DNA of 5,532 nt, taken from positions 1 to 5,532 of the forward strand of contig PWLL01000037.1 in NCBI GenBank assembly GCA_003559395.1, written 5' to 3'. A program made the translations under genes and the position numbers. Source of the stretch: Candidatus Iainarchaeum sp. GTDB taxonomy: Archaea > Iainarchaeota > Iainarchaeia > Iainarchaeales > CSSED10-239. Of this stretch, positions 3,876 through 5,532 are shown in pieces. Every line of letters begins with the position of its first letter. Position 1 is the stretch's first letter. The notes under the pieces are model-generated. The model saw only the letters and a list, made by a program, of their open reading frames with translations. It was not told the origin of the DNA and ran no database searches.

Positions 3876-5507
3876 ATGACGATCGATTTCACGCCCGAGG
3901 CAGGACCGAACTATGACGTGTTGGGTCGTGTCGTAACTGTGAATGTTCCGGGAGCTGAGATACTTGCTTCCGAACATGGTGTCGAATGGGCTCTTCGTGG
4001 CGCTACCACGATCGGACTCTCGTTTGGTAATGGGTATCACGGTGTTCTTTGGTTGGACCCCGGTAATGGGCAGGATGCTCAACTTTTCGTTCAAGTTGCT
4101 CGTTTAGATGACACAGGGAAGTTCGTCGATGGTGATTATGCAGTCTTCGATCATACTCATTTCTTCACCAAACTTGTTGATGGCTACCATGATGCGCGAA
4201 TAAATATCGAGGGGCATGAGAATATAGGGTATCCGTTCTTCAAGATCGTAGAACCTGGGAAGGTTCTTGTCGTTGCGAACATCTATGTTTCTAGCGATGA
4301 ACCTGGCTATGGCTCACAATTTAGGGTAGTGACGACTGCGATGGTGGTGTCGTACAGTGGTGGCAGCATCACGGTTGATTTCACTGAAACCTTCGATACG
4401 TACAACAACCCTATGAATCTCAGTGAGACAACATTTTCGTCATGGTTGGCCCAGACCAAACCTATCACTGCTGCTGTTGCATACAAAGATGGGATGTTGA
4501 ACCGCGTCGTTTATAGTCATGGTGGTTCGACGGAGCAGAGGGTCATCATCGTCGCGCAGTACATCGAGTATTCCAACGGGGTCATCGTCGCTCATGCTCC
4601 TTATATCATGCATGATTCCGATGACCTTCCAGAGGTCACGGCAGATCCATCAGCTTGGCTGGGTGCCACATCTGTCGAGATCGATGGCAAAGCGTTCATC
4701 TTCGACGCTATCAGCACAAGTACCGTCCATCCCATGGGGTATTACATCAATGTCTGTGATGAGAACTCGTTGATCGCGCAGCTCAATGTCAATGACCATA
4801 TCAGTCATACAGACTTGTTCAACTTCTGGGGAGCGGAAGAACTCAAGATCGGCAGATTGAAGAATGGCAACATCATCGTGGCGAAGATCGACGTGCGATA
4901 TTACCCCTATGTCTGGGACGTCATAGAAGTAGCGTATGACGGAACGAATCTCAGTGTTGTGAGTTCGACATCAGCCGAGATGTCAAGGTGGCTGTGCGGA
5001 TTCATCGAGTATGAAGACACGGTTGGGTTCTATGGACAGAATTGGGGTAACGAGAGTGTTAGTGGGCAAGAAGCCATCGATTATCATGAGCAGTTCGGAT
5101 TGCCTAATCATGATGAATCTGACGTGTTTACTATCACCATCACTGATGTCACGAGTGCGACTCCAGAGGGAGTGGTTGCACGAGATTATGAGATACCTTT
5201 CAGTTGGCATTATGATTACGGATATAGACTTGTGCAGGAACATCCTTTCACCCATTCCTACTTAGAGAACGGGATGCTCATCTCGATCGGATTGGTGGAT
5301 CCTACAGCAGTATTTAGCTGGGAGGCAGGTGATGTGAGTGGCCTTTCGGGTTGGACGATGCCACTTATCACTGATGATGTGGTCCCTAGTCTCCGCCTCA
5401 TCCAGCGGGACGATGACAACGAGTTCGGTTCCTCACGGATCGAACGGGTCCAGGTATCTTCAGCTCAGAAGAGCGGGAGGATCCCTGGTCCGAACGCCTA
5501 CTGGTGA
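3876..5507 (+). CDS. hypothetical 543-aa acidic, aromatic-rich protein that is compositionally foreign (low GC); candidate distal tail or receptor-binding protein, or a moron
   Basis: It is a 1632-nt open frame in DNA of about 40-50% GC, where stops would be frequent by chance. GGGGAG at 3862-3867 lies 8 nt before the ATG. The alternative-frame ORFs here are short. I recognised no catalytic or nucleotide-binding motif and no signal peptide or transmembrane segment. Confidence 0.85.
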   Translation: MTIDFTPEAGPNYDVLGRVVTVNVPGAEILASEHGVEWALRGATTIGLSFGNGYHGVLWLDPGNGQDAQLFVQVARLDDTGKFVDGDYAVFDHTHFFTKLVDGYHDARINIEGHENIGYPFFKIVEPGKVLVVANIYVSSDEPGYGSQFRVVTTAMVVSYSGGSITVDFTETFDTYNNPMNLSETTFSSWLAQTKPITAAVAYKDGMLNRVVYSHGGSTEQRVIIVAQYIEYSNGVIVAHAPYIMHDSDDLPEVTADPSAWLGATSVEIDGKAFIFDAISTSTVHPMGYYINVCDENSLIAQLNVNDHISHTDLFNFWGAEELKIGRLKNGNIIVAKIDVRYYPYVWDVIEVAYDGTNLSVVSSTSAEMSRWLCGFIEYEDTVGFYGQNWGNESVSGQEAIDYHEQFGLPNHDESDVFTITITDVTSATPEGVVARDYEIPFSWHYDYGYRLVQEHPFTHSYLENGMLISIGLVDPTAVFSWEAGDVSGLSGWTMPLITDDVVPSLRLIQRDDDNEFGSSRIERVQVSSAQKSGRIPGPNAYW

Positions 5508-5521
5508 GAAGAGTTCAGGAC

Positions 5522-5532
5522 ATGAACGATCA
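5522..5532 (+). CDS. possible 5' end of the next gene (ATG AAC GAT CA...)
   Basis: An ATG lies 14 nt after the TGA at 5505-5507. It is preceded by purine-rich GAGAAGAG (5506-5513) with an 8-nt spacer. Only 11 nt are visible. Confidence 0.2.

Noticed and set aside
3663-4094. 143-aa minus-strand ORF spanning the intergenic spacer, plus minus-strand ORFs at 3571..3855 and 3680..3892
   Set aside because: They overlap the ends of well-supported + strand genes and the hairpin. Their sequences are low-complexity and Arg/Pro/Ser-rich, with no ribosome-binding site. They contradict the strict + strand organisation.
4519-5265. 84-90 aa ORFs inside the 543-aa gene at 4519..4773(+), 5011..5265(+) and 4983..5255(-)
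   Set aside because: They lie fully within a 1632-nt open frame that is far less likely to arise by chance at this GC content. They have no start signals and low-complexity Ser-, Arg- and Ile-rich products.
508-5507. Diversity-generating retroelement (a template/variable repeat pair with adenine-specific differences)
   Set aside because: I found no near-identical repeat pair of about 100-150 nt with A-specific mismatches. The longest exact repeat seen is 18 nt inside the tandem array. No reverse transcriptase ORF is present in the window. The flanking sequence would need to be checked to exclude it fully.

Overview
Every supported gene is on the + strand and the genes are tightly packed. The window reads like the distal end of the tail module of a high-GC actinobacterial phage or prophage. 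In order it holds: (1) the 3' end of a glycine-rich minor-tail-type protein (1-170); (2) a Trp-rich 114-aa ORF; (3) an 881-aa protein whose central 635 residues are about 29 tandem, in-frame 21-aa (63-nt) acidic repeats; (4) two small ORFs of 113 and 71 aa that look like diverged paralogs; (5) a 137-nt structured intergenic spacer; (6) a 543-aa ORF whose GC falls to about 40-45%, against about 58-67% in spot-counted upstream lines; and (7) the possible first codons of another gene. Gene junctions use ATGA stop/start overlaps or short spacers with AGGAGG or AAGGAAG Shine-Dalgarno sequences. I saw no tRNA, rRNA, CRISPR array, integrase, transposase or reverse transcriptase. The two things most worth following up are the very regular Asp/His repeat protein and the compositionally foreign 543-aa gene behind a GC-rich hairpin. 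Together they could form a modular host-range cassette: a resident shaft, small accessory proteins and an imported tip. All functional assignments are inference, because I could run no database or structure search. All counts were made by hand.
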